Of a stretch of DNA of 64,000 nt, positions 25,896 through 38,056 are shown in pieces. Below the pieces are notes generated by a model that worked only from the letters and a program-made list of their open reading frames with translations, searched no databases and was not told the DNA's origin. Position 1 is the first letter of the stretch; each line of letters begins with the position of its first letter. The stretch comes from Mobula hypostoma (Eukaryota), in assembly GCF_963921235.1 (NCBI RefSeq), contig NC_086097.1, positions 224,938,001-225,002,000 on the forward strand, in the 5' to 3' direction. A program made the position numbers and the translations under genes.

Positions 25896-26566
25896 AGGAG
25901 AAGAGGAGTAGATGGTGGCGCGACGCAGCTTGCACGGCCATTCCGGTGATTGATATCTGTAATCTGTCAAGTAGGGTGCCGTGCACAATCCTGATTTGAT
26001 GGAGACAGACGTGAGAGAATGGAGGAACATCTGGAGAATCTTCTGAAATGCCTTTTTCGCTGCCATTACTGTGTGATCCTGAATCTCCAGAGGGGAAGGC
26101 CCCGAATCCTCGGCTTTGCTTGTTCTCGGTGGCCGGGACGGGTTCGAAGCGCTCAGCAGAGATGGTGCTCGGTGTCGAAGGGCTGGCCGTAGGCTCAAAG
26201 TTTTTGGACGGACTCAGAGTCGGCTGGGGTTGGGTGCTTCCAATGCATTGACAGTTGTCAGTGCTTGGAGGTTTATGGCAGGGAGAGTTTCTCCTTTCTG
26301 CCGCCTGCTATCGGGGACTATCGGGAGTCGATCGGAACTTTGAGACTTTTTTTTTACCATTCCCATGGTCTGTTCTTTATCAAATTATGGTATTGCTCTG
26401 CACTGCTGTAACTATATGTTATAGTTATGTGGTCTTGTCAGTGTTAGTCTTTGGTTTGTCCTTTTTTTAATGATATCACTCTTGTGGAACATTGTATCAT
26501 TTCCTAATGCATGCATGCATTTCTAAATGACAATAAATGAGGACTGAGTGTCCTCATAATCTAAAA
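25896..26566 (+). mobile_element. Non-coding retroelement family A, copy 2
   Basis: Head AGGAGTAGATGGTGGCG; 3' CAATAAA, a perfect ATGAGGAC/GTCCTCAT hairpin and AATCTAAAA; homologous to two other copies. Confidence 0.82.
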
Positions 26567-28427
26567 CGTACCAATTCCAATACTGGAATTGTTTATAAAA
26601 GAAGCACATTGTAATTAAACAGTGGAAATAAAAATCGAAGGATTATTTACCTCACTGTTAGTTTATTAAATATGGATATAATGTGATCAGGTCCTTGTGC
26701 CTAATTGCTTATGAAGACTTAATTTTTAAAAAATCTTTTTAGTTTAATCATATTACTGTATATATTGCCAATACAATAAACTGACTGCCAAGATTTTCTT
26801 TACCAAAGTTAATTAACTTGGCTAAAACTTTACAAGGGTTATCACCTAGAGTAGAGTAATACTGATTAACTTGCTACATAGTTCAGTATTTACTTTGGAG
26901 TGTTGTTAAGATTGTGTCTTTGGTCCTTTACCTACATTTGTAAGGTAGAATGGTCAAAAAGAATGAGGGTATTCACCATTAAAAGAAACCTAATAATTAA
27001 TAACATTAGTCATTTAGAATTCTATTTTATATCCTATTTAAAACAATAAATTCTGTCATAGTTAACCCTATAAAAATAACAAACAAATCAGCTAAATACA
27101 TCAAATTATTTTATGACACTGAACTTCAGCAAAATGCAATTTACTTCCATGACAATGCTGATGCCAGCAAACTGTTGATAAAGTTCACCCATTCACTTAG
27201 ATGTTTAAATGCTGGGAGGTGACTGGTGCCCAGATACAGGGATGACCATAATAAATCACGAGTTGCGTATGAGAAAGAGGAAGTTAAGATGTGACTCTGA
27301 TCGTGAATTTCCAGTGAGGCTTCCCAAAGTCTCACTAAAATTCTGGCAAGACATCCAGTGGAATCATTTTTTGGGGATTTATGCTCCAGTAAATTCTGTG
27401 GAAAGTTCACTGATAAGTTGCTGAAGAACATTCACATGCTGGTGATTGGATTGTATTTGAATACTTCGTATATATCTTCAAATTCGTCATTTGTAGATTT
27501 CTGTTATTTAATAGTTTTTTTTATCAGACTTAGACATGTCATAATAATGGAAAAACTCAATAATTATTTTTCTATACATGCCTATCTTGGTAAATGTGTA
27601 TTTTATTATATGTTCAATCCTAATTGTCGTTAGAAAACTTTTTAAAACTTTATCTCTGTTATCTAATCGTCAAATAATAGCTATTAGTGTTATGAAGGGA
27701 CACAAAGGAAGATCACGTACTGGGCAAAAAAATGTTTATTTGTCCATTTTGAATAGGACAAAGTTAATATTTCACTCATGTATACATAAAGACATGTTAT
27801 GTATCTTTTTTTATCAAATAATAATTTTAAAAGGTCATTTAGCCAACTTTCTTTCTGTTCTAAAAAATATTTACTATTAGATAGACTAGTTTTGTAAGTG
27901 CCAATGCCTTCCCCTTTTTCTCTCATCATGTTTTTTCATTAACATGCCATTTAAAAATGTTCAGATCAATGCACACCCCAGCCATTCCCTCAACAACTTT
28001 TATTCCTTGAAATAAAAGTCAGTGGAATATAGGAATTAATACTGCCATCTTCATAACTTAGCATTACCATCATTTAGCGTCTATTTTGGACCATAGGACA
28101 TAGGAGCAGAATTAGGCTATTTGGCCATTGAACCTGCTCTACCTTTCCATCATGACTGAATTAGTATCCCTCTCAACCTCATTTTTCTGTCTTCTTCCTA
28201 TAACCTTTGATGTTCTAAGACCTCCATTTTAAATATACTCAATGACTTGGCCTTATATCTATGGCAATAAATTCCACAGACTCACTATCTCTGCCAAAAG
28301 AAATTCCTCCTCATCTCTTTTCTAAATGGATGTTCCTCTTTTTTGAAGCTGTGCACTCTGGTTCTAGACTCTTCCACTTTGGGAAATATCCCCTTCACAT
28401 CCACTCTATCTAGGCCTTTCTAAATTT

Positions 28428-31280
28428 AAGCAACACACATAAAGGTTGCTGGTTAATACAGCAGGCCTCCAAACTAATCTTCCTCCAAACTAAAAGTGTA
28501 GCCATGGGCACCCATATGGGTCCCAACTATGCCTGTCTTTTTGTTGGCTTTGTGGAACAATCCATGTTCCAAACCTATACTGGTATCTGTCCCCAACTTT
28601 TCCTTCGCTACATCGACGACTGCATTGGCGCTGCTTCCTGCACGCAAGCTGAGCTCGTAGACTTCATTAACTTTGCCTCCAACTTTCACCCTGCCCTCAA
28701 GTTTACCTGGTCCATTTCCGACGCCTCCCTCCTCTTTCCAGATCTTTCTGTCTCTGTCTCTGGAGACAGCTTATCTACTGATGTCTACTATAAGCCTATG
28801 GACTCTCACAGCTATCTGGACTATTCCTCTTCTCACCCTGTCTCTTGCAAAAATGCCACCCCCTTCTCCCAATTCCTCCGTCTCCATCGCATCTGCTCTC
28901 AGGATGAGGGTTTTCACTCCAGGATGAAGGAGATGTCCTCCTTTTTTAAAGAAAGGGGCTTCCCTTCCTCCACCATCAACTCTGCTCTCAAACGTATCTC
29001 TCCCATTTCACACACGTTTGCTCTCACCCCATCCTCCCGCCACCCCACTAGGAATAGGGTTCCCCTGGTCCTCACCTACCACCCCACCAGCCTCCAGGTC
29101 CAACATATAATTCTCCGTAACTTCCGCCACCTCCAACGGGATCCCACCACTAAGCACATCTCTTCCCCCGCCCCCCAGCTTTCTGCAGGGATCGCTCCCT
29201 ATTCCAAAGAAGAAGCATACAAATTAGCCAGAAAAAGTGGCTCACCTGAGGACTGGGAGAAATTCAGAGTTCAGCAGAGGAGGGCAAAGGGCTTAATTAG
29301 GAAAGGAAGAAAGATTATGAGAGAAAACTGGCAGGGAACATAAAAACTGACTGTAAAAGCTTTTATAGATATGTAAAAAGGAAAAGACTGGTAAAGACAA
29401 ATGTAGGTCCCCTACAGACAGAAACAGGTGAATTGATTATGGGGAGCAAGGACATGGCAGACCAATTGAATAATTACTTTGGTTCTGTCTTCACTAAGGA
29501 GGACATAAATAATCTTCCAGAAATAGTAGGGGACGGAGGGTCCAGTGAGATGGAGGAAATGAGCGAAATACATGTTAGTAGGGAAGTGGTGTTGGGTAAA
29601 TTGAAGGGATTAAAGGCAGATAAATCCCCAGGGCCAGATGGTCTGCATCCCAGAGTGCTTAAGGAAGTAGCCCAAGAAATAGTGGATGTATTAGTGATAA
29701 TTTTTCAAAACTTGTTAGATTCTGGACTAGTTCCTGAGGATTGGAGGGTGGCTAATGTAACCCCACTTTTTAAAAAAGAAGGGAGAGAGAAACCAGGGAA
29801 TTATAGACCGGTTAGCCTAACGTCGGTGGTGGGGAAACTGCTGGAGTCAGTTATCAAAGATGTGATAACAGCACATTTGGAAAGCGGTGAAATGATCGGA
29901 CAAAGTCAGCATGGATTTGTGAAAGGAAAATCGTGTCTGACGAATCGCATAGAATTTTTTGAGGATGTAACTAGTAGAGTGGTTAGGGGAGAACCAGTGG
30001 ATGTGGTATATTTGGATTTTCAAAAGGCTTTTGACAAGGTCCCACACAGGAGATTAGTGTGCAAACTTAAAGCACACGGTATTGGAGGTAAGGTATTGAT
30101 GTGGATAGAGAATTGGTTAGCAGACAGGAAGCAAAGAGTGGGAATAAACGGGACCTTTTCAGAATGGCAGGCAGTGGAATTCTCTGCCACAGGAAACAGT
30201 TGAGGCCAGTTCATTGGCTATATTTAAGAGGGAGTTAGATATGGCCCTTGTGGCTACGGGGATCAGGGGGTATGGAGGGAAGGCTGGTGCAGGATTCTGA
30301 GTTGGATGATCAGCCATGATCATAATAAATGGCGGTGCAGGCTCGAAGGGCCGAATGGGCTACTCCTGTACCTGTTTTCTATGTTTCTATGTTTCTACCC
30401 GACTCCCTTGTCCATTGGTCCCCATCATCCCTCCCCACCGATTTCCCTCCTGGCACTTATCCTTGTAAGCAGGATAAGTGCTACACGTGCCCTTACACTT
30501 CCTCCCTCACCACCATTCAGGGCCCCAGACAGTCCTTTCAGGTGAGGCGACACTTCACCTCTGAGTCGGCTGGGGTGATATACTGCGTCTGGTGCTCCCG
30601 ATGCGGCCTTCTATATATTGGCAAGACCCAACGCAGTCTGGGAGACAGTCTCGCTGAACACCTATGCTCTGTCTGCCAGAGAAAGCAGGATCTCCCAGTG
30701 GCCACACATTTTAATTCTACATCCCATTCCCATTCTGATGTGTCTATCCACGGCCTCCTCTACTGCCAAGCCACACTCAGGTTAGAGGAACAGCACCTTA
30801 TATTCCGTATGGGTAACCTCCAACCTGATGGCATGAACATTGACTTCTCTAACTTTCGTTAATGCCCCACCTTGCCCTCGTACCCCGTCCGTTATTTATT
30901 GTTTTATATATATATTTTCATTCCTCTCTCTCCTTTTTCTCCCTCTGTCCCTCTCACTATACTCCTTGACCATCCTCTGGGCTTACCCTCTTTTCTCTTT
31001 CTTTCTCCCTAGGCCTCCCGTCCCATGATCCTCTCATATCCCTTTTGCCAATCACCTGTCCAGCTCTTGGCTCCATCCCTACCCCTCCTGTCTTCTGCTA
31101 TCATTTCAGATCTCCCCCTCTTCCTCCTACTTTCAAATCTCTTATTAGCTCTTCTTTCAGTTAGTGGCCCGAAATGTCGACTGTACCTCTTCCTAGAGAT
31201 GCTGCCTGGACTGCTGCGTTCACCAGCAACCTTTATGTGTGTTGCTTGAAATTCCAGCATCTGCAGATTTCCTCGTGTTT
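28428..31280 (+). mobile_element. Penelope-like element: RT, GIY-YIG endonuclease and pLTR; interrupted by CR1
   Basis: AMGTHMGPNYACLF, FLRYIDD, VYYKP..YLDYSSSHP; GVIYCVWCSRCGLLYIGKTQRSL..EH; inverted terminal copy at the 5' end; flanked by GCCTTTC. Confidence 0.93.
29202..30397 (+). mobile_element. Young CR1 nested in Penelope, with an internal deletion at ~30177
   Basis: KSPGPDG, NYRPVSLTS, YLDFQKAFDKVPH; (TTTCTATG)n tail. Confidence 0.95.
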
Positions 31281-34200
31281 GCCTTTCAATATTCGATAGG
31301 TCCTGTTTGCCTTTCAATATTCGATTAGATCCTGCCCTCATTCTTCTGAACTCCAGTGAGTACAGGCCCAGGGCCATCAAGTGGTCCCCACATGGTAACC
31401 CTTTCATTCATGGAATCATTCTTGTCAACCTCCTCTGGATCCTCTGCATCCTTCTTTTAGATAAGGCGCCCAAACTTGCTCACAATAATCCAAGTGGAAT
31501 CTGACCAAAACCTCAGCATTACATCCTTACTTTTATATTCTCATCCTCACATATTGAATGCTAACACTGCATTTGACTTCATCACCACTGACTCAATCTG
31601 CAAGTTAACTTTAAGGGAATTGTGCACAAGAACTTCCAAGTTCTTTTGCACCTCTGTTTTTTGAATTTTCTCTCTATTTAAAAAATAGTGTGTACCTTTA
31701 TTCCTTCTGCCAAAGTGCATGATCATACATTTCCCTACATATCCTACAGATATTCCATCTGCCACTTTGTTCATTCTCCCAATCTGTCTAAGTCCTTCTG
31801 CAGAATCTCTACATCCTTAATGCTTCCTGCTCCTCCACCCATCTTTGTCTGCAAAATATGGCCACAAAACAATCAATTCTATCATTTAAATCATTGACAT
31901 ATAAAGTGGAAAGAAGCGATCTCAGCGTAAACATCTGTGGAACACAGCTAGTCACCGGCAGCCAGTAGTAAAGGCCCCCTTAGTTCCGAGTCAACCAAAT
32001 TTTTATTCCTGCTAATATCTTTCGAGCAATACCATAGGCTCTTATCTTGTTGAACAGCCTCAGGTGCGGTACCTGGTCTAAACGTTCTGAAAATTGAAGT
32101 ACGCAGCATCCACCAATTCTCCTTTTGTCTACCTTGCCCATTATTTCCTTAAAGAATTCTAACAGAATTATCAGGAAAGATTTCTCCTTAAGGAAACCTA
32201 CTGACTTTGGCCTATTTTATTTTGTGCCTCCAAGTACCCTGAAACTTCATCCTTCAAAGTCTTTAGGTATACTTAAAGTGGAGGTTGATAGGTTCTTAAT
32301 TCGTAAAGGTGTCAAAGGACGAAGAATGGGCTTGAACGGACAAATAAATGAGCCACATTGGAATGGTGGAGCAGTCTTATTGAGCTAAATGGCCTACTTC
32401 TGCTCCAATGTCTAAGGGGACAATAGCAGGGATGATGGAAGAACAGCAATGGCTGGAGTCTCTTGGAGAAATTTAGAAGGTGCAGGATAGATACAATCCA
32501 AAGATGAAGAGGTATTCTAACGGGAGAACAAAGTAACTGTGGCTTACTAAGGAAGTCAAAAGCAGCATAAAATCAATGGAAAGGGCATATAATATATCAA
32601 AAATTAGTAGGTAGTAAAGGAATGGCAAGCTTTAAAAACCACCAGAAGGCAACTAAAAAAGCTATAGGAGAGAGAAAAGATAAAATATGAAAGGAAGCTA
32701 GCCAATTATCTAAAAGGGGACACCAAAAGTTTTATTTTTCAGATATATAAACAGTAAAAGAGAATATAATAATGGATCCCAATCACTGAAGTCAGGCCAA
32801 CTGGCCTATAATTTCCTTTCTTCTGCCTTCTACCTTTCTTAAGGAGTGAAATAACATTTCCTATTTTTCAGTCATACTGAAACCATTTCAGGATCTAATG
32901 ATTATTGAGAGATCATTATTAATGCCTGCACAATCTCCTTAGTTACCTCTTTCAGAACCCTGGTGTGCAGTCCATCGGGTCCAGGTAACCTTTCGGCTTC
33001 CCAAGCACCCTCTTCCTTAGTAATAGTAATTCACTCACTTCTGTCCCCTGAGACTCTCGAATTTCTAAGGTAGGGACATGTTCGGCACAACTTTGTGGTC
33101 CGAAGGGCCTGTATTGTGCTGTAGGTTTTCTATGTTTCTAGCATACTGCGAGTGTCTTCCACAGTGAAGACTGATGCAAAATACTTATTAAGTTCATCTG
33201 CCATTTCTTTGCCCCCTATTATTACCTCACTAGTGTCATTTTCCAGCAGTCCAATATCCATTCTTTACTCTCTTTTACTAGCCTTTCTATACAATATGTA
33301 TTCTTGAATGTTAAGCTCTCAACTATGATCTTTCAATGATGACTTAGTGACACCCACAGAGCCGTACCTGCAAATCTCTAAATTTACAAAGAGATCATCT
33401 ACCTTATTCCATATACTGTGTGCATTCAACTATCGCACCTTCAGTCCTGTATTCATCACCCTTTTCAATTTTGCCCCCAAGTTACACTTTAACTCATCCC
33501 ACTAATTGCAATTTTGCCCTATCACCTACCTGTCCTTCCTCACAGTCTCACTCACTCACTGCATCTACTTTTATATCAACTGCACCATCCTCAAACTTAT
33601 CATTTCAGTTCCTATCCCCCTGCCAAATTAGTTTAAACCCTCATTCACAGCTCAGGCAAACCTGCCCACAAGGACATTGATCCTACTTGGCTTCAGGTGT
33701 AACCTGTCCTTTTTGTACACATCATACCTTCCCCCAGAAGAGATCCCAAGGATCTGGAAATCTGAAACTCTGCTCCCTGCACTAATTCCTTGGTCATGCA
33801 TTCATCTGCCAAATCATCCTATTCTTACCCACACTGGCACATGGCTCAGGCAGTAAAGCCTGGAGGTCCTGCTTTTCAGCTTTCTACCTAACTCACTATA
33901 TTCTCTCTTCAGGACCTTGACCTTTTTATCTACATATGTCACTGGATGTCTCCCTGGGTTCCCATATCTCACAAAAACAACATGCAACCCCATTCTCACT
34001 ACACTAACTATGTACTAGTAAACAAAGAAAGAGACAAAAAATCTAAGAGAAACTGACTTAGAGCCTCTGCCTCTTGTCACCTAAGCCCGTTGAGCTCAAG
34101 CCTGACCACTCTAACAATGCCCCAATCACACAATAGCCACTTCAGCAATGACCGTTCCACTTCCACCTCACTTCCTTTTATTGGTTTTTGTCTAGTGTCT

Positions 34201-35762
34201 ATGAGATCGTTATGATTGCAGCCCACTGAAAAGGTTGGAAAGGCCCTGAGCTCTTTTTAAACCTCACCAAGTGAGCAATTTTAGCAGAAGTTATTAAAGC
34301 AGTAACCAGTTGAGGTATGTCCAACAATTGTTAAGTGCTGGCATTGTTCACTAAGTTTTCTTAACAAAAATTGTGGGTGGTTTTAGATGACAAATCAGAT
34401 TGTCTACTTCCAAGAGCAGTTTATGTATATAACAAAAAAAAATTCTCTGCTCTTTCTGTTTCAAATAAGAGATAAAATATCCTATCCAATTGCATCACTT
34501 GTTGTTAAAATGCCAAAACTTATCTGCAAAAGATTTGTGGCTAGTTACATATTTACTTATATAGGTAGGGTCCTTTGTATGACCTTCAAAAGAAGGAGTG
34601 AAAAGCACATTACAAATATGTTAAGATTCAACAATTAGCTATACGTTGTACACCTCTGTCCACTTGACACCAGCAGCTCAGAAATAAAGGTTAGGTGAAG
34701 ATAAAGTAATACAATTTGGGAAGTGCACAGAATGTTCTTGTTTTACAGCTTGAATGTTGCTGTTATTAATCATTACCTGAAAGGCAATCAACCTAAGTCT
34801 GATCTCTGTTCAAACTGCTTTTGTAAAACAAAGTTTTTTTTTTCCCCTACATTCTTTGATGGTAATCATAGATTTACCGTGGTTGGAAACTGCAGACTTA
34901 CACTGTCGTTCATTTGTGTTTTTGACTTTTTAATACTGAAGAATCTCTTGCTTGTCATTGATATTATCTCCATAGTGTAATTTTTAATCTTCCAGCCTTG
35001 CTGCAGAAAATGGGATGGAAGCAGACCAAGTATAAGGTATTTCTTTCATGTTTCAAAATCGAGCTTTGCCTTTTGATGTTAAAAAAAACCTTAATTAGCA
35101 TGAAAGAAATAATAATTTCTACTATTTTGAAAATTATACACATGTATTACCTTAAATAGTTGGAAGGCTTACACCCATCATTGATATTTAGTTGTCAAAG
35201 AAAGACATAAATTTATATAAGCTGTAAGTTTTCACTCTGTGCTGATGTTATCTTTTTACAAAGATACATATACTATAGCATTAGGTTTAAGAAAATAAAT
35301 AAACTACTGAAATCAGAACAATAAATGATGCTTTGTAGACATTTGTGCAAAAAGCATATTAGAATATAGAAATACTGCTGATTTTAAATAATGACCAGCA
35401 GTGCCCTAACACCAACACAATGACTCAAATCATCATGAAAGCTAGTCATAATCTAGATAATGACTTATTTTGCTTCTATTGATTGCCTCGTGAGGATATG
35501 ACAGACTGCATGAAAGTTAAGTTGGTTAAACTTAAAGTTAAATTAAGGTTTTTTAATGTTCTCCAAACCAGGCAACACCCAGCAAAAATTTTCTTCTCTC
35601 TCTCTCCTGTGTAATCACATCTTGGCAGTCATACAACATGGAAATGGGTCTTTTTGGTCTACTGTGTCCATGCTGGCCATCAAGTACCTTTCTGTACTAT
35701 CCTATTCTCCAGCATTTGGTCTTAGCCATCTATGCCTTGGAGTTTCAAATATTCATCTAAAT

Positions 35763-38048
35763 TAGGGGTCGCCAACCTGTCAATCGCGATCAACCGGTCG
35801 ATCTTTCAGACTTTCCCAGTAGATCCCGAAGAAAAATCAAAAATAAATACACAAATACTGTTGTAATGTGAGCATTATAAAAATAAGTAATACTAATTAG
35901 GATAATGGTAATATAGCAATATTTTCGCTAAAAAGCTGTTTGTAAAGAGAGATTGTTTCTGGGTTGCGGGGGTTTAGTTCTGTTCTTTCTGCCCAGTGCG
36001 CATGTGTGTAGCTCCCTCGCCATGCACCGCATTTTCAGCGTAGCCTGTGCTGCATCAAAATGACCAATCAGATTAGGGATAAGAGTACAGACTGTCGCAA
36101 ACGTCAACATACGGCAGTGTCCCCCACCTCCGGGCCGCGAGCAGGCAGTGGTGCAGAGGTAGTCGGGATGCACACAGCACATTTTTAAGAAAAAAAGACA
36201 AAATAAACAAGCTAATTAATTAGGTGCTGCCCAGCACGTAAATGTCGGCTTAGATCAGAGGCGATGCAATCGGCAATCGCTCGTGATATCCTGATAGCAT
36301 GGCGGAGGCTCCACGAAAGAAGGCGAAAACATACAAATTCCATCCAGAATGGGAAGCGGAATTTCTATTTACCTTGGTGAAAGCCAAGTGTGTATGTATG
36401 TTGTGCCACCAAACACAAGCACTGACTAAAGAGAGAAGACTAAAGAGTGGCACCACAACACCAACCACCAGGAATTTAAAGACACCTACCCCCCCCCAAA
36501 GGGCGCAATTCATGCATGGAAAGTTGAGCTGAAATCGGGGTTGAAGGCCCAGCAATCGTTTTCCACAAAACATGCTGCTCAAAATAACGCTGCTATTGAA
36601 GCATCATTTCATGTAAGTCACCTTTTGGCTGAACACAAGAAGCCTTTCACAGATGGCGATTTATTCAAGGAAGCAATGGTCATTACTGCAGAGACTGTTT
36701 TTAATGACTTTAAAAACAAAAACGGCATCACAACCGCAATACATAATATACTGCTTGGCCCTGCAACAGTGACAAGGAGGGTAGAATCACCGTCAGAGGA
36801 CATGAATATTTTTCACTACAATTCGATGAATTCCTGGATGTAATGCAAACAGCTCAGCTTGTTGTATTTGTTAGAATGGCTTTCCAGGATTTTACAAAAA
36901 AAGAGGACTTCCTCACTCTTTTGCAATTAAAGGAAAGAACGAGAGGTGGGGATATTTACAATGAGTTTTAAAAAATATGTCCGTGAAAATGACATCCCCA
37001 TTCATAAACTGGTGGCAATTACTACTGATGGGGCCGAGCAATGCGCGGTGTACGCATTGGTTTTATACCACTAAAAGTCAGTGCCTACTTTGGGTCAACT
37101 TATCTATGTGAAATTGCATTTTCACAGATGAAAATTATTAAATCTAAGTACAGGAGCTGATTTACTGGATGACGCCCCACTAGGGTTGCCAACTTTCTCA
37201 CTCCCAAATAACAGACAAAAGTAGCAGTCAAATCCCGAGATACTGTATTTGTGTCTACTCCGAGAAAGACTACCATGACCATGAAGCCTTGCGCGGGCAC
37301 CTGTCTGTGCGTGTGCGTACGTGCCGATTTCTTCTCTTTACCCCACCAATCAGTTTTGGCTTAATTTTCATTATTTCTACTTTATATAGGCTGTGTATTT
37401 ATCATATCATTCCTGCTTTTACTATATATTAGTAATATTTTAGGTTTTATGTGTTATTTGGTATGATTTGGTAGGTTCTTTTTTGGGTCCGGGAATGCTC
37501 AAAATTTTTTTCCATATAAATTAATGGTAATTGCTTCTTCGGGGTAAGGCATTTTGGCACGAAAGGTATCATAGGAACGTTCTACTTTAGCGGGGGGAAT
37601 ACAGGACAGTTGGCAACCCTACACCTCACATTCTGTCTCAGACTGGCTGTCTGTAGTTATGAACCAAATTTCAGGGAACTAGCAGAAAGTATTCAGCCCC
37701 AGTCATCACACTGAGTGCAACAGTCAATTTTTATTCATTTATTTTTTGTGTTGAAATAAAATTAAATAATGAAACTTAGAATTAAAGGTGTGAAGAATTG
37801 TAATATTCTTAAAGAAAGACATATATGGCCTGTTTGATATGCTAGTTACAGTGTTTTCTTGTTTGAATTAATTTGAAAGTTTGACAAAAGTATTTTGTGT
37901 AATTCAAATACAATTCGCCCAAATAACAGGCCTCAGATTGGAAGTACAATCTGAGCTGTTTTTTCTCTAAACGATTTAGTAGGTAGATCTTGCCTTTCAC
38001 TGAGGTCGAGGTAGGGGATCTTGGGCTTAAAAAGGTTGATGACCACTA
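35763..38048 (+). mobile_element. hAT DNA transposon (Buster/Charlie group, GTF2IRD2-like transposase), internally deleted
   Basis: TIRs TAGGGGTCGCCAACCT / TAGTGGTCATCAACCT (13/16); perfect 8-bp TSD ATCTAAAT (35755-35762, 38049-38056); FHPEWE..CVCMLC, KKPFTDGDLFKE, FDE, ITTDGA, FGSTYLCEIAFSQM. Confidence 0.93.
37181..37621. mobile_element. MITE with TAGGGTTGCCAACT TIRs (hAT, Blackjack-like), nested in the hAT transposase
   Basis: Perfect 14-bp TIRs (37181-37194, 37608-37621); degenerate 8-bp TSD CGCCCCAC/CACCTCAC (6/8). Confidence 0.85.
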
Positions 38049-38056
38049 ATCTAAAT

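Larger units (their letters stand above)
28090..34000 (-). mobile_element. Old, rearranged CR1 (28090-28420 and 31281-~34000) hosting the Penelope insertion
   Basis: CR1 tail at 28090; sequence continues across the GCCTTTC duplication; RT motifs at 31500-32200; ORF1-like LKREYSELGRKLKSRTSR near 33900. Confidence 0.8.

Noticed and set aside
26806..26933. 14-bp palindrome AAGTTAATTAACTT and DR1-like TGGTCCTTTACCT
   Set aside because: AT-rich context, wrong spacing for HNF1 and a weak DR1 match; consistent with chance.
36299..37170. Host GTF2IRD2/ZBED-type gene
   Set aside because: Frameshifted, internally deleted and bounded by TIRs and an 8-bp TSD.
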